Counted from the stretch's first letter, positions 43,744 to 54,114 are shown. The stretch: DNA of 64,000 bases from Anaerolineales bacterium (GCA_034429745.1 DAOUFY010000090.1:3693-67692), one strand, 5' to 3'. Made by a program: numbers and translations. Notes: generated by a model not told the origin, from the sequence alone.

Positions 43744-44607
43744 TTACTTGATAGAGTAGCGCCCCAAATAGGCGGAAAGCCAGCGTGAAAGCAAGCTAAT
43801 AAACAACACAATGATAGTCAGGATTAAAGCCGAGGCATAAGCACGTTGCTGCACTTCGGGATAAGGGGTACCTAATTGAAAGAATACTGCAAGCGGAAGC
43901 GAAGCTGCTTGGCTGTTGAGTGAAGTGGGAATACGATCAGAGTAACCTGCAGTGAAAAGTACCGAAGCAGCATCGCCTATACCTCTTCCAAAAGCGAGCA
44001 AGGCAGCAGTGGCTATAGTTGGCAGAATTTGGCGTGTTATCACCTTTAGAGCAGTTTCCATACGGTTAGCTCCCAGGGCGTATGAGGCTTCCTCTAGTTC
44101 TTTTGGAATATTGCGAAGGGTTTCATCTATAGTGCGTACGATGATTGGCAGTTCCAATAGAGCTAATACAATGATGCCTGCAAGCAATGAGGCTTTCATT
44201 CCCAACGCAAGCATGATGATAAACCCAAAGGAGCCATAAACAATGGAGGGAATTCCCCACATCACATCCAAAGACAAACGGGTAACATGCTGCCATTTTG
44301 TGCCTTTTGCGTAGGTGTTTATCCCAAATACAATAGGAAAACTTATCAGCACGGCAAGCAAAGTTCCACCGCCTGCAAGGTACAAAGAGCCAATGATAGC
44401 ATTAAGGATGCCACCTTTTTTACCCAAATAGTATCCTCCTTGGGGTACATTAGAAATCATTTCCCAAGTCAATGCCGGCAAGCCTTTGGTGATAATGGTT
44501 AGCAGAATAGCTCCTAAGCTGGCTGCAATGATCAGAAATGAAAGGATCATGACAGCGCGAATAAAGGTTTCTTCAAGAAGGCGGAAAGAAAAGACATTTT
44601 TCTTCAT
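43744..44607 (-). CDS. pstA: Phosphate ABC transporter permease PstA
   Basis: It is a six-TM permease with ELEEASYALGANRMETALKVI (EAA loop). It sits between pstC and pstB and overlaps pstC by 4 nt. Confidence 0.85.
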   Translation of the reverse strand: MKKNVFSFRLLEETFIRAVMILSFLIIAASLGAILLTIITKGLPALTWEMISNVPQGGYYLGKKGGILNAIIGSLYLAGGGTLLAVLISFPIVFGINTYAKGTKWQHVTRLSLDVMWGIPSIVYGSFGFIIMLALGMKASLLAGIIVLALLELPIIVRTIDETLRNIPKELEEASYALGANRMETALKVITRQILPTIATAALLAFGRGIGDAASVLFTAGYSDRIPTSLNSQAASLPLAVFFQLGTPYPEVQQRAYASALILTIIVLFISLLSRWLSAYLGRYSIK

Positions 44608-45569
44608 AGGTAAGTATATTTAGTTGTGGTATTGTGAAGAATAAGCGTTGCAGCGATATTAAAACCAAGTACGACAAGCAGCAGCAGCAAAGAAGCACCC
44701 ATGAGTGCAGCATCATAGAGGGGAATAGACATCATTTCTCCATAATTGTTGGCGATTAAAGCAGGCAGTGGATAGGCAGGGTCAAAGATGGATTTGGGTA
44801 CAATGGGTACATTGCCAACTACCATCAGTACAGCCATCGTTTCACCAAAAGCCCGCGAGAACCCTAAAACAATACTGGCAAATATACCAGCCGCAGCTTT
44901 AGGCAGGACGGTATAACGTACGGTTTGCCAGCGAGTTGCGCCGACAGCTAGCGAGGCAAGCCGAATACCTTGAGGAATTGATTCCATGACTTCACTAGAG
45001 ACGGAAATGATTAATGGAGCCACCATTACTGCTAGTACAATCCCTCCAGCAAGAACGCTGAAACCAGTGGGATTAGTGATGGATAACCCAAACCATTTTT
45101 CTGCATAAGGGATGATGGATTGAACCCAGGGTACTATGGTGATCATTCCCCACACGCCATAAACAACAGATGGTATGCTGGCTAATAAGTCCAAAATGGG
45201 TTTAAGTAAGCCACGGGTAGTAGGATGAGCATATTCGGAAAGATAAATGGCGGAAAGCAAGCAAGGCGGCACTGCCATTACCATCGCCAATAAGGTAACC
45301 CACAAAGTACCCATGATGAATGGGTAAAAGCCAAATAGCCCTTGACTAGGACGCCATATTTCACCTAGCAGCAACTCACCTATTGGTTTTAGGAAAAGAA
45401 TGGGCGCAGTACGCCTCAACAACACCACCACCATAGCAATGATGACGATTAGAGGAATAGCTGAAGTGAATAAGAATAGCTTTCCCCCAATAACTTCAGC
45501 TAACGCTCGGCGGGAAATGGCAGGTTTTAGATGAGTGGAATGGTCAGAGCTCATTGGATTGCTTGTCAT
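44604..45569 (-). CDS. pstC: Phosphate ABC transporter permease PstC
   Basis: It is a permease with GIRLASLAVGATRWQTVRYTVLP (EAA loop) and it precedes pstA-pstB. Confidence 0.85.
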   Translation of the reverse strand: MTSNPMSSDHSTHLKPAISRRALAEVIGGKLFLFTSAIPLIVIIAMVVVLLRRTAPILFLKPIGELLLGEIWRPSQGLFGFYPFIMGTLWVTLLAMVMAVPPCLLSAIYLSEYAHPTTRGLLKPILDLLASIPSVVYGVWGMITIVPWVQSIIPYAEKWFGLSITNPTGFSVLAGGIVLAVMVAPLIISVSSEVMESIPQGIRLASLAVGATRWQTVRYTVLPKAAAGIFASIVLGFSRAFGETMAVLMVVGNVPIVPKSIFDPAYPLPALIANNYGEMMSIPLYDAALMGASLLLLLVVLGFNIAATLILHNTTTKYTYL

Positions 45570-45676
45570 GGATGCAAAATGATTAATTAATCTAATTATT
45601 TGATAGGATTAGTATTATAACAAATTATCATTATTGCTGGATTAATATTTTTTAATAGATGGGAAAACCTCATTCT

Positions 45677-46321
45677 CTAATTATCCAAACGGTACCCGAG
45701 ACCGCGCAAAGTGATGATATAACGGGGGTGCTTTGGGTCAGGTTCAATGGCTTTCCGCAGCCAGTTGATGTGTACATCCAACGATCGGGTATCACCGTCA
45801 TAGGCAGTATTCCAAACCATTCCGAAAAGCTCTTTTCGCTCAACAACCTCACCTGCATGCTGCATAAGAATGGAAAGCAAGCGAGTCATACGCGGTGTAA
45901 GTGAGATATCCCGTCCTTCACAAGTAAGTAAATTTTTATTTAAGTCAAGCTTAAGATTGCCGGCTTCTAATAGAGTCGGCAGAAGCATTTTCACTGCCGC
46001 AGTCAACTTTTTTACTGAACAAGGAACCGGGATTACGTGCAATCCATTTTGTGAAAAATCATCCTTTCTTTCCGGAGGACAAAGCACAATCATTGGGGTG
46101 CCTTTAAGGTGCATATTAATGCTTGCTAGCGATTCATATGTCATAACCCTGAGTGAAGGAAGATGGGCAATGGTTAAATCTGGACGGTGCAATTGGGCAT
46201 ACATAATAGCTTGCCGAATACTTCCAACAATTTCAGTATGATGCCCATGCTTTTTTAGTGCGTTGATCAAGGACGCATTAGAGGCTTTTTTACCTTCAAT
46301 CCATAAAATATTTGCTTTCAC
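45677..46321 (-). CDS. OmpR/PhoB-family winged-helix transcriptional regulator with a degenerate (pseudo-)receiver domain
   Basis: The C-terminal trans_reg_C domain is LTPRMTRLLSILMQHAGEVVERKELF...SLDVHINWLRKAIE...IITLRGLGYRL. In the receiver, the acidic pair reads EG (ILWIEGKK), the phospho-Asp position reads H (DLTIAHLPS), T/S reads C, and K reads V (IPVPCS). Confidence 0.8.
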   Translation of the reverse strand: MKANILWIEGKKASNASLINALKKHGHHTEIVGSIRQAIMYAQLHRPDLTIAHLPSLRVMTYESLASINMHLKGTPMIVLCPPERKDDFSQNGLHVIPVPCSVKKLTAAVKMLLPTLLEAGNLKLDLNKNLLTCEGRDISLTPRMTRLLSILMQHAGEVVERKELFGMVWNTAYDGDTRSLDVHINWLRKAIEPDPKHPRYIITLRGLGYRLDN

Positions 46322-46617
46322 AGCGACCCTTTCCCTATTGCAACTAATATCCTGACACCAGTCTTAAAAGTACACGGATTATAATCGCATTTAGCTGTTC
46401 TTTCTATAGTACTTATGTCGTATTTTAAAATTTCTAATCTTGGTTATCATTCTTTATTATTTGCAAATTTGCCAGCAGCATAAATGATTGGAAGTGGGAA
46501 ATGTGAACCTATTGCGCGCAATAAACCTTCATGAGGAAGAACATTTGCACTTTGAAAGGTTTTGTTATAGAATCAAATTGAGGAACGGGATGGCGATAAC
46601 ACTAACGGAGGTAAATA

Positions 46618-47802
46618 ATGGCGCAAAAGATGAGAAAGGTTATTATAAGTATTTTAATTGGGTTGTTGATCATTGCTAGTTCTGCTTGCCAAAACAATCC
46701 TCCAGAAGTAAAAACCTCATTACGAGAAACTGCTGCAGCGGTAACTGTAGCTGCTATGGTTCGCGCTTTAGGTGTGCCATATACACAGACAGCTATTGTG
46801 AAAACTGTCATATCCCAGATGACTCAAACGGCAGAGGCAACTCGCACTCAACAGGCGAGGACAACAAGCAGCCAATTATCGCCTTCTCCATCTAGCGGGA
46901 CAATATTGCCATCACCAGCGTACACAATTCAGCCGGGAATTTGCAATTGGGTGGGTTATATTGCAGATGTAACTTATCCCGATGGCTCTCAAGTGGAAGC
47001 AGGTACCCGGTTTCGAAAGACATGGCGCATTCAGAACTTGGGCAATTGTACCTGGAACTCATCCTATTGGCTGACATTTGACAGCGGCACACAAATGGGG
47101 GCGCCGGCATATACCCCCTTAACCCTTTCGACAGTGCCTCCGGGTGGAGTTGTAGATGTATCGGTAGATATGTATGCTCCAACAACCGCAGGTACGTATC
47201 AAGCTGTTTTCCGCATCCGAGCACCTGACGGCAGCATTGTACCCGTCAATAATCATGGAGATGGCAGTTTGTGGGCATTAATTGTTGTGGACGTTCCGCA
47301 GCCTTGCAATTGGGCTGGCTTTATTGCCGATATTACCTATCCCGACTATACTCGAGTACAACCGAATGAAATTTTCAATAAGGTATGGCGCATACAAAAC
47401 ATTGGTACATGCACGTGGAATACGAATTATAAGTTGGTCTTCAGCGGCGGAGATCGCTTGGGTGCGCCAGACTTCACTCAGCTTTCACGGTATTCAGTTC
47501 CACCAGGATCCGTCGTGGACGTGTCAATAAAGCTGACTGCACCGAATGCTTGGGGTACTTATCAAGCCTTCTTTACTTTTCAAGCGGCAGATGGAACTAT
47601 TTTTGGGACGGGCAGCAATGCCAACAACCCTATTTGGGTAAAAATTGTGGTGGCTCCAACGCCAACACCTACCGCTACTCCGGTACCCACCTCTAGCCCT
47701 ACGTCAACACCTAGCAGCACGCCAACGCCGACTGCAACATATACTCCAACGCCAACCTTTACACCTACTGATACGGATACCCCATCACCAACCCCAACTT
47801 AA
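46618..47802 (+). CDS. Secreted lipoprotein with two tandem Nbr1-FW-like Ig-fold domains and a Pro/Thr-rich C-terminal tail
   Basis: It has a lipobox (IIASSAC). The duplicated module reads CNW(V/A)G(Y/F)IADVTYPD...W(R)IQN(L/I)G(N/T)CTWN..Y.L.F..G...GAP. The tail is PTPTPTATPVPTSSPTSTPSSTPTPTATYTPTPTFTPTDTDTPSPTPT. Confidence 0.7.
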   Translation: MAQKMRKVIISILIGLLIIASSACQNNPPEVKTSLRETAAAVTVAAMVRALGVPYTQTAIVKTVISQMTQTAEATRTQQARTTSSQLSPSPSSGTILPSPAYTIQPGICNWVGYIADVTYPDGSQVEAGTRFRKTWRIQNLGNCTWNSSYWLTFDSGTQMGAPAYTPLTLSTVPPGGVVDVSVDMYAPTTAGTYQAVFRIRAPDGSIVPVNNHGDGSLWALIVVDVPQPCNWAGFIADITYPDYTRVQPNEIFNKVWRIQNIGTCTWNTNYKLVFSGGDRLGAPDFTQLSRYSVPPGSVVDVSIKLTAPNAWGTYQAFFTFQAADGTIFGTGSNANNPIWVKIVVAPTPTPTATPVPTSSPTSTPSSTPTPTATYTPTPTFTPTDTDTPSPTPT

Positions 47803-47813
47803 GAGAGGAAGGA

Positions 47814-49880
47814 ATGCGTTTGCGGCAGTGGATCGCAGTAAACAGCCTGAATTGCTTTGTCGGCGTGCTTGTCTTATCAGCATGTGCGCCGCAGAAAAAC
47901 GCGTTCCTGAATTTGACAAATCCGGCTACATCGGAAACTAAAGATGTGTATTTTAAAGAAATTGAATGCAGCACGTTAAGCACATCATTACCGGTGGATG
48001 AAGGGACACGCTGCGGCTATCTCACTGTACCCCAGGAGCATGGAAAAAAAAGCAGCAGCACAAAAAAGCTGCGGTTGGCAGTTGTCATCTACAAAAGCAA
48101 AGTTGAACCTGCCCAACCAGACCCTTTATTTATTGCTCAAGGGGGTCCAGGAGGTTCAACGATTGATACATACGCTCCCATATTAATGGAAAGCTCCATT
48201 CGCAATGGGCGAGATATTGTTTTGTTCGATCAACGCGGTACTATGCATTCCGACCCCCAATTAACTTGCCCAGAGTTCTCGCTTGAATCGCTCACTGCTC
48301 TCCAAACCAATCAAACAAAAGAAAAGAGACAGCAGCTCTCCCTTGAAGCAGCAAAAGCTTGCTACGATCGGCTTGTTGCTCAAGGAATTGATCTTTCGGC
48401 GTTTAATAGCCGTGAAAATGCAGCTGATATAGAGGCGTTGAGGCAGGCCTTAGGTTATCAACGCATTAATTTGTATGGGGTGTCATATGGCACGTTATTG
48501 GCTTTGCATACTATGCGGTACTTTCCTTCAAGTTTGCGCAGTGTTGTGTTGGACGCAGTAGCTCCACTCCAAACCAATTATATTGCCGAATCGCCGCGTT
48601 CTGCGCATAATGCCTTTGAAAAGTTGTTCAAGTCATGTCAAGCGGATGAGGCATGCCGTCAAGCATACCCAGATTTAAAGCAGGTGTATTTAAATACAGT
48701 AACATACTTAAATGAGCTGCCGATTACCATTCAGCTAACTCATCCTAAGACACAGCAGAAAATTCAGGTGCTGCTCGATGGAGATACTTTTCAGAATACT
48801 TTGTTTCGTTTGTTGTATATTTCGCCTTTTTTGCCTGCTTTGCCAAAACTGATTCAAGATGTAGCAGACGGCAATTATGATTTGCTTTCACTGTTTCTTT
48901 CTTTGCTGGTGTTTGATGATTCTACGAGTTTAGGGATGTTTTTCTCGGTGGTGTGCACAGAATATGATCAATTCACCCCTTCAGATTCAGCGACGCCGCA
49001 ATCTCCCATTGCCCTGCAAAAGTATTGGGAAACGGAAAACATAGAGAAGGTATGTGGATTATGGAAAGTAAAGCAAACTGTTACAAACCATACACCAGTA
49101 AAGAGTGATATTCCCACCTTAGTCCTTTCAGGAGCTTTTGATCCTATTACGCCTGAAACTTTCGCACTCATGACAGCTAAAACTCTAAGCCGCAGCTATA
49201 GCTTTACATTTCCCAACGTTGGACATGGAGTAATGTTCACTGGGGAATGCCAAGATCAGATCCTCGAAGAATTTTTGCAAAATCCACTAAAACCACCTCA
49301 GGCAAGCTGTTTGAGCTCTTTAAACCCGCCCCAGTTCTATACCTCCGCAACGGTCATCCATTTGCCGGTTTTCATTCGGCTGCTTAATTTGCAAGCCGCA
49401 GCATGGCTGCAAGTGATTTTTTATTGGATATGTTTATTGGTGATGCTATCTGCAGCCGGTATTCTTCTTTCACCACGTTTAGCACAGCTGTGGAATAATG
49501 AGATAGTGTTACACGTCTCATGGGCATCTTTCAAATCGCTCATTAAAGACAGTTTGCTTGCCGCAAAAGTTTTAGCTGCGCTTAATAGTGCTGCTGTTTT
49601 GTTGTTCACTATCTTATTTGTGATCATTGTTAGTTATTTATTTTCCACCAACGACATTCGACTGTACTTCGGTTTACCGGTTCAATATAAACCGTTGTTT
49701 GTTATTCCTTTGCTTAATCTAGTAATAACTTTCTTTATGGGATTCCTTGTCCTGAGAGCTTGGCTGCTTTCTAAGTGGAATCGGCTTTGGCGGATATATT
49801 ACACTGTGATGACTTTGGCGGCTGTTTTTCTCATTTCCATTTGGCATGTCTGGGGTATATTGGGCGCATGGATCAATTAA
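47814..49880 (+). CDS. Alpha/beta hydrolase (S33 prolyl/tripeptidyl aminopeptidase-like) lipoprotein fused to a C-terminal multi-TM domain
   Basis: It has a lipobox (VLSAC), the oxyanion region LFIAQGGPGGS and the nucleophile elbow LYGVSYGT. The last ~190 aa form about 5-6 hydrophobic helices. Confidence 0.7.
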   Translation: MRLRQWIAVNSLNCFVGVLVLSACAPQKNAFLNLTNPATSETKDVYFKEIECSTLSTSLPVDEGTRCGYLTVPQEHGKKSSSTKKLRLAVVIYKSKVEPAQPDPLFIAQGGPGGSTIDTYAPILMESSIRNGRDIVLFDQRGTMHSDPQLTCPEFSLESLTALQTNQTKEKRQQLSLEAAKACYDRLVAQGIDLSAFNSRENAADIEALRQALGYQRINLYGVSYGTLLALHTMRYFPSSLRSVVLDAVAPLQTNYIAESPRSAHNAFEKLFKSCQADEACRQAYPDLKQVYLNTVTYLNELPITIQLTHPKTQQKIQVLLDGDTFQNTLFRLLYISPFLPALPKLIQDVADGNYDLLSLFLSLLVFDDSTSLGMFFSVVCTEYDQFTPSDSATPQSPIALQKYWETENIEKVCGLWKVKQTVTNHTPVKSDIPTLVLSGAFDPITPETFALMTAKTLSRSYSFTFPNVGHGVMFTGECQDQILEEFLQNPLKPPQASCLSSLNPPQFYTSATVIHLPVFIRLLNLQAAAWLQVIFYWICLLVMLSAAGILLSPRLAQLWNNEIVLHVSWASFKSLIKDSLLAAKVLAALNSAAVLLFTILFVIIVSYLFSTNDIRLYFGLPVQYKPLFVIPLLNLVITFFMGFLVLRAWLLSKWNRLWRIYYTVMTLAAVFLISIWHVWGILGAWIN

Positions 49881-50719
49881 GGAAAGATTTTGTCTTTAAC
49901 CCGAGCAATCTGCAGAATTATGTTGACTGCCCGTATCGGTTTTATCTTAAGCACGTGCTTAACCTTGCTTGGCCGGCACCCTTGACTGATGATTATCTTC
50001 TGTTAGAAAAAACCTTAAAGCACGGACAGGCTCTTCATCAGTTGATATTTCAGCAGAGTATAGGTATGCCAATTGAGTGGTTGTATGTGTGCGCTGAACA
50101 AGAAGGCGTTACAGAATGGTGGAAAAATTTTCACGATTTTGGAATGAAAGCCGTCGAAAAGGAAGCTCAAGGGTTTGAAGATATTCATTATTATTATGAA
50201 ATTCCTCTCCAAGTTGAACTGAACGGATTTCGCTTAAGCGGTGTATTGGACTTGCTGCTTGTTGGTATGGGGGAGAAAGCATGCATATTTGATTGGAAAA
50301 GCGGCGGCAAAACAGCGTATCCTAAGCTAAGAGAGCAGTTAGCCGCACGTATCCAAACCCAATGCTATCCTCTGTTAGTGTATTTAGCACGGCATTTACC
50401 GCTGGATTCTCATAAAATCGAAACAGTCGGCATGATATATTGGTTTGCCGGAAACCCGCAGCTGCCAATTGAATTTAAGTATGATAAAAAAGAGTTGGAA
50501 GCATTACAGGATAAATTCTCTTGCCTGCTTCAGCAAATTTCACAGGATGTAGATTTCGAGAAAACTGCACAGACTCGACATTGCATTACATGCAGCTATC
50601 GGACGTATTGTGAAAGAATAGATCTAGCGGTTGCAGAAGAAGATCGTGATCTTGATGAAGCTGTTATTGAGAGCCTAGAGGATGATTATAATAAGAGTGG
50701 GGATATATTAGAACAATAG
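49868..50719 (+). CDS. PD-(D/E)XK nuclease, Cas4/AddB-like with four-Cys cluster
   Basis: It has an N-terminal Cys (YVDCPYRFYL), a nuclease core (SGVLDLLLV...IFDWKSG) and a C-terminal CITCSYRTYC (Cx2Cx5C). The ATG at 49868 overlaps the upstream gene by 13 nt, and the ORF-track start at 49775 is inside that gene. Confidence 0.65.
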   Translation: MDQLRKDFVFNPSNLQNYVDCPYRFYLKHVLNLAWPAPLTDDYLLLEKTLKHGQALHQLIFQQSIGMPIEWLYVCAEQEGVTEWWKNFHDFGMKAVEKEAQGFEDIHYYYEIPLQVELNGFRLSGVLDLLLVGMGEKACIFDWKSGGKTAYPKLREQLAARIQTQCYPLLVYLARHLPLDSHKIETVGMIYWFAGNPQLPIEFKYDKKELEALQDKFSCLLQQISQDVDFEKTAQTRHCITCSYRTYCERIDLAVAEEDRDLDEAVIESLEDDYNKSGDILEQ

Positions 50720-50809
50720 TTCGGTTGTAGAAGAATAGAGAGTATGATGTTCTGTTTTAAGATAGGGAGTACTATAAATTTAGCTCAACAAATTTAAGGA
50801 GGTGAAACT

Positions 50810-51208
50810 ATGGCAATGTTGACATGGAATGATTCATTTTCTGTTCAAGTAGAAGAGTTGGATAACCAACACAAACGCTTAATTAACTTAATCAACCAGC
50901 TTCATGATGCGATGATCGAAGGCAAGGGACGCAGCATATTAGCTCCAATTCTAGATGAATTGGTTGATTATACCCAAACTCATTTTACTGCCGAAGAAGT
51001 AATGATGAAGAAATGTGATTTTCCGGGTTTAGCGGAACATAAAAAAGCGCATGAAGAGCTTACCCAACAAGTTAAGGATTTTCAGGAACGCTACAGCAGA
51101 GGGCAGATATCTATTACTGTAGAGTTATTGAATTTTCTGCATGATTGGCTTGTAAACCATGTTCTTTCGATGGATAAACGTTACGCGCCTTATCTGGCGA
51201 AATCCTAA
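50810..51208 (+). CDS. Bacteriohemerythrin
   Basis: W.DSFSV.V.ELD.QHK.LI.LIN.L, HF..EE..M....FPG...HK..HEE and FL.DWL.NH....D fit hemerythrin. The pattern of iron-ligating His, Glu and Asp residues is present. Confidence 0.88.
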   Translation: MAMLTWNDSFSVQVEELDNQHKRLINLINQLHDAMIEGKGRSILAPILDELVDYTQTHFTAEEVMMKKCDFPGLAEHKKAHEELTQQVKDFQERYSRGQISITVELLNFLHDWLVNHVLSMDKRYAPYLAKS

Positions 51209-51284
51209 ATATTGCAAAGTATGTTGGTGTGCGAGCCAGTGAGTATAATAGAGCAATAAACATAAACAAGTAAGGAGAATTCTT

Positions 51285-51842
51285 ATGCCTCAAACACGTG
51301 AAACCTACAAAGTTGAAATCAGCGGAGTTGTTCGCCATCTTCCCCTGTTTGAAGTAGCAGCGGGGTTGAGAATAGCCGTATTAAATATCTTAGGTGATAC
51401 AGAATTAGTTCGAGCTGCCTCAAAAGCTTTAGCGAAAAAACTAGCTGAGTTGGAGTATGACACGTTGGTTACGGCCGAAGCAAAGAGCATTCCCCTCATT
51501 CATGTGCTTTCGGAAGAAACCCAAAAACCGTATGTAGTTCTGCGAAAGAGCTATAAACCGTATATGGGAGAAAGTCTATCGGCAGAGACTCTCTCTATTA
51601 CTACAGGCAAACCGCAAAAGTTGTACCTTGATGAGAAGGATCGGCCATTGTTGGAGGGTAAAAGGGTGATTTTAGTGGATGACGTAATCAGTACAGGCTC
51701 TACATTGGATGGCATGAAGAAAGTGGTGGAAAATGCCGGCGGGATTATAACTGCAAAGGCAGCAATTTTCACGGAAGGTGATGATCCCCAAGAGTGGAAG
51801 GAGGTAATTGCTTTAGGCAACTTGCCGCTTTTTCGTTCATAA
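51285..51842 (+). CDS. Phosphoribosyltransferase (adenine/purine PRTase-like)
   Basis: It has the PRPP-binding loop VILVDDVISTGSTL. Confidence 0.7.
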   Translation: MPQTRETYKVEISGVVRHLPLFEVAAGLRIAVLNILGDTELVRAASKALAKKLAELEYDTLVTAEAKSIPLIHVLSEETQKPYVVLRKSYKPYMGESLSAETLSITTGKPQKLYLDEKDRPLLEGKRVILVDDVISTGSTLDGMKKVVENAGGIITAKAAIFTEGDDPQEWKEVIALGNLPLFRS

Positions 51843-51976
51843 AGGCGATTAACACTAATTTTAGAGAGTTATCAATACTGATTATGACAAATATTATAAT
51901 AATGGTATAATAAATTATTATAAAATCCTTTGCACTTCTTCCTCAGAGCAATGACTATTTATTAAGGAGTGATAGC

Positions 51977-54091
51977 ATGAAAATAAAAGCCTTTTTTGAA
52001 CGCAGCATAATCTATAAAATTGGGGCAATCTTAGCGGTTTTTGAATTACTGCTTGTGGGATCAGTATTGGTAGTCATTAGCATGCTGAAACAGCTTGAAG
52101 CTGATACGTTAGTTGTTAATGTGGCAGGGCGGCAGCGCATGCTATCGCAAAGGATGACAAAAAATGCATTAATTATTGCCAGAACCCAGAATGATCAAGC
52201 ACGCACAGCATTGCAAAACGACAAAAAGCTGTTTGAACGATCATTAAATGGGCTGCTTCAGGGCGATATGGAGATGAAGCTGCCAGCAGCTTCATCTCTA
52301 ATGCAGGCGAAAGTCAATGGACTGATAAGTGCTTATCAGCCCTTGAAGCAAGCATTTGACTCAGTATTGACTTATCCGCCCCATAATACGGAATTTGTAA
52401 GTGCAATGGAAGCCATTCTAGAAAACAATGAGGTTGTCTTAAAAAAAGCGGATGAGGTAACTGCTGCTTTTCAGAATGAATCCGAAGCAAAAAGCCGGCA
52501 GTTGTTATGGGTGCTATATGGAGTTGGATTTATAGGGTTGATTATCTTTGTTGTTTCGCTCTTTCTGATCAAGCGTACATTAGAACCTTTAAAAGCGGTT
52601 GTAGATGCAGCACATGGCATAGCATATGATGATCTAGCGTCTATGGCACAAGTGGCTCAAGCTATATCGGAGGGCGATTTACGCCATCAGGTTGTAATAA
52701 AAGTACAGCCCATCTCCATTGACTCTAAGGATGAAATAGGAAGGTTAGCTGAAGCATTCAATCAAATGATTGATAGTCTTTGGAGAGTTGGAAAAGCCTT
52801 TGGGGATATGAACGAGAAATGGAAAGGAATGCTGCAACAAATTGCCCATGATGTTGCCCAATTGAATGAAGCTTCTCGCAACATGAGTGAGGCTGCTGGG
52901 CAGTCGAAGGAAGCAACTCAACAAATTAGTATAACGATCATGGAAATTTCAAAAGGCATTCTTCAGCAAACAGAAGCTGTTACACGCACAAGCGAAGCAA
53001 TGCAGCAATTAGAAAGTGCCATAGAAGAGGTAGAAATGGGAGCTCGCAACCAGAGTGAAACAGTACTCAGTTCTCGCCCAATGATGGAAGAGCTGATGCA
53101 AACTTCTTCTGATATTCAGAATGGTGTCAATGAGCAAGCCCAAAGCCTCGATCATGCGGTTAAGGTAAGCCAGAATGTTTCTTCTGTCATCCATGAAACT
53201 ATCTCATATTCTGAACAGGTTACCGAGAAATCGCAGGAGTCGGCTCAAGCAGCTGTTCAGGGTGCGCGAATGGCAAGCGACATTTCGCAGGGAGTGATGC
53301 AGGTGAAAAATGCAGCTGAAGCCTTAGCGCAGCGCATTCATGATTTAAGCGATAATGTGAGCAAAATTAATGTGGTGATTGATACGATTGAAGACGTAGC
53401 TAATCAGACTAATTTGCTGGCATTAAATGCGGCGATTGAAGCAGCTAGAGCAGGAACGTATGGGCGCGGCTTTGCTGTTGTAGCTGATGAAGTACGCAAG
53501 CTGGCGGAACGAACGAGCTCGGCAACACAGGAAGTTGGAGAAATGATCCGCAACATACAAATACGCTCAGGCGAGGCAGTTGCCACAATGAATAGGGCAG
53601 CCAAGGAAGTTCAGGAAGTGGTGGATTTAACCTTTCAAGCTAAACAGCAGTTTGAGGGAATTGCCAGCACCACTCAAACTTCAGCTGAAACGGTTCAGAC
53701 AATTCGCACCTCGTTAAAATTGGTGTTGGACGCACAAAACCAATTAGAACAAGCGATCCAACAGGCGATGGGAGTAGCTGAAAGAAATCGTCATGTAGCC
53801 GAACAGATGAGCATAAATGCTGTTCAATTGATGGAAAAAAGCCAGCAGGTAGGAGCAATAAGCCAAGAAAACTTAAACATAACTCAGGAGATGACGAATA
53901 ATGCTCACCAAGTAAGTGAGATGATAGAACAGGTGGCAAGTGTAAGTGAACAAACAAGTGCGGCGGCAGAAGAAGTCTCTGCTTCCGCAAGTGAAGTAAG
54001 TGGTCAGGCAAACCAAGTTTCCCAGGCAGCAGAAAGCTTGCGATTCTTAGCGGAATCGCTGCAGCAGTTATTCCAAGGGTTTAAAGTGTGA
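51977..54091 (+). CDS. Methyl-accepting chemotaxis protein with PilJ/NarX-type N-terminal sensor, HAMP and MCP signalling domains
   Basis: It has a P-box-like [16 protein letters not shown], two TM segments, a HAMP domain ([13 protein letters not shown]) and the highly conserved hairpin tip [40 protein letters not shown]. Confidence 0.88.
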   Translation: MKIKAFFERSIIYKIGAILAVFELLLVGSVLVVISMLKQLEADTLVVNVAGRQRMLSQRMTKNALIIARTQNDQARTALQNDKKLFERSLNGLLQGDMEMKLPAASSLMQAKVNGLISAYQPLKQAFDSVLTYPPHNTEFVSAMEAILENNEVVLKKADEVTAAFQNESEAKSRQLLWVLYGVGFIGLIIFVVSLFLIKRTLEPLKAVVDAAHGIAYDDLASMAQVAQAISEGDLRHQVVIKVQPISIDSKDEIGRLAEAFNQMIDSLWRVGKAFGDMNEKWKGMLQQIAHDVAQLNEASRNMSEAAGQSKEATQQISITIMEISKGILQQTEAVTRTSEAMQQLESAIEEVEMGARNQSETVLSSRPMMEELMQTSSDIQNGVNEQAQSLDHAVKVSQNVSSVIHETISYSEQVTEKSQESAQAAVQGARMASDISQGVMQVKNAAEALAQRIHDLSDNVSKINVVIDTIEDVANQTNLLALNAAIEAARAGTYGRGFAVVADEVRKLAERTSSATQEVGEMIRNIQIRSGEAVATMNRAAKEVQEVVDLTFQAKQQFEGIASTTQTSAETVQTIRTSLKLVLDAQNQLEQAIQQAMGVAERNRHVAEQMSINAVQLMEKSQQVGAISQENLNITQEMTNNAHQVSEMIEQVASVSEQTSAAAEEVSASASEVSGQANQVSQAAESLRFLAESLQQLFQGFKV

Positions 54092-54114
54092 ATAGTTCAA
54101 GTTACTTATGGGGT

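Noticed and set aside
45570-45676. A Pho box in the AT-rich spacer upstream of pstC (repeated GGATTA / ATTAAT motifs).
   Set aside because: The repeats are short and expected by chance in such AT-rich DNA. There is no match to the E. coli CTGTCAT or Bacillus TT(A/T/C)ACA repeat consensus, so no site is called.
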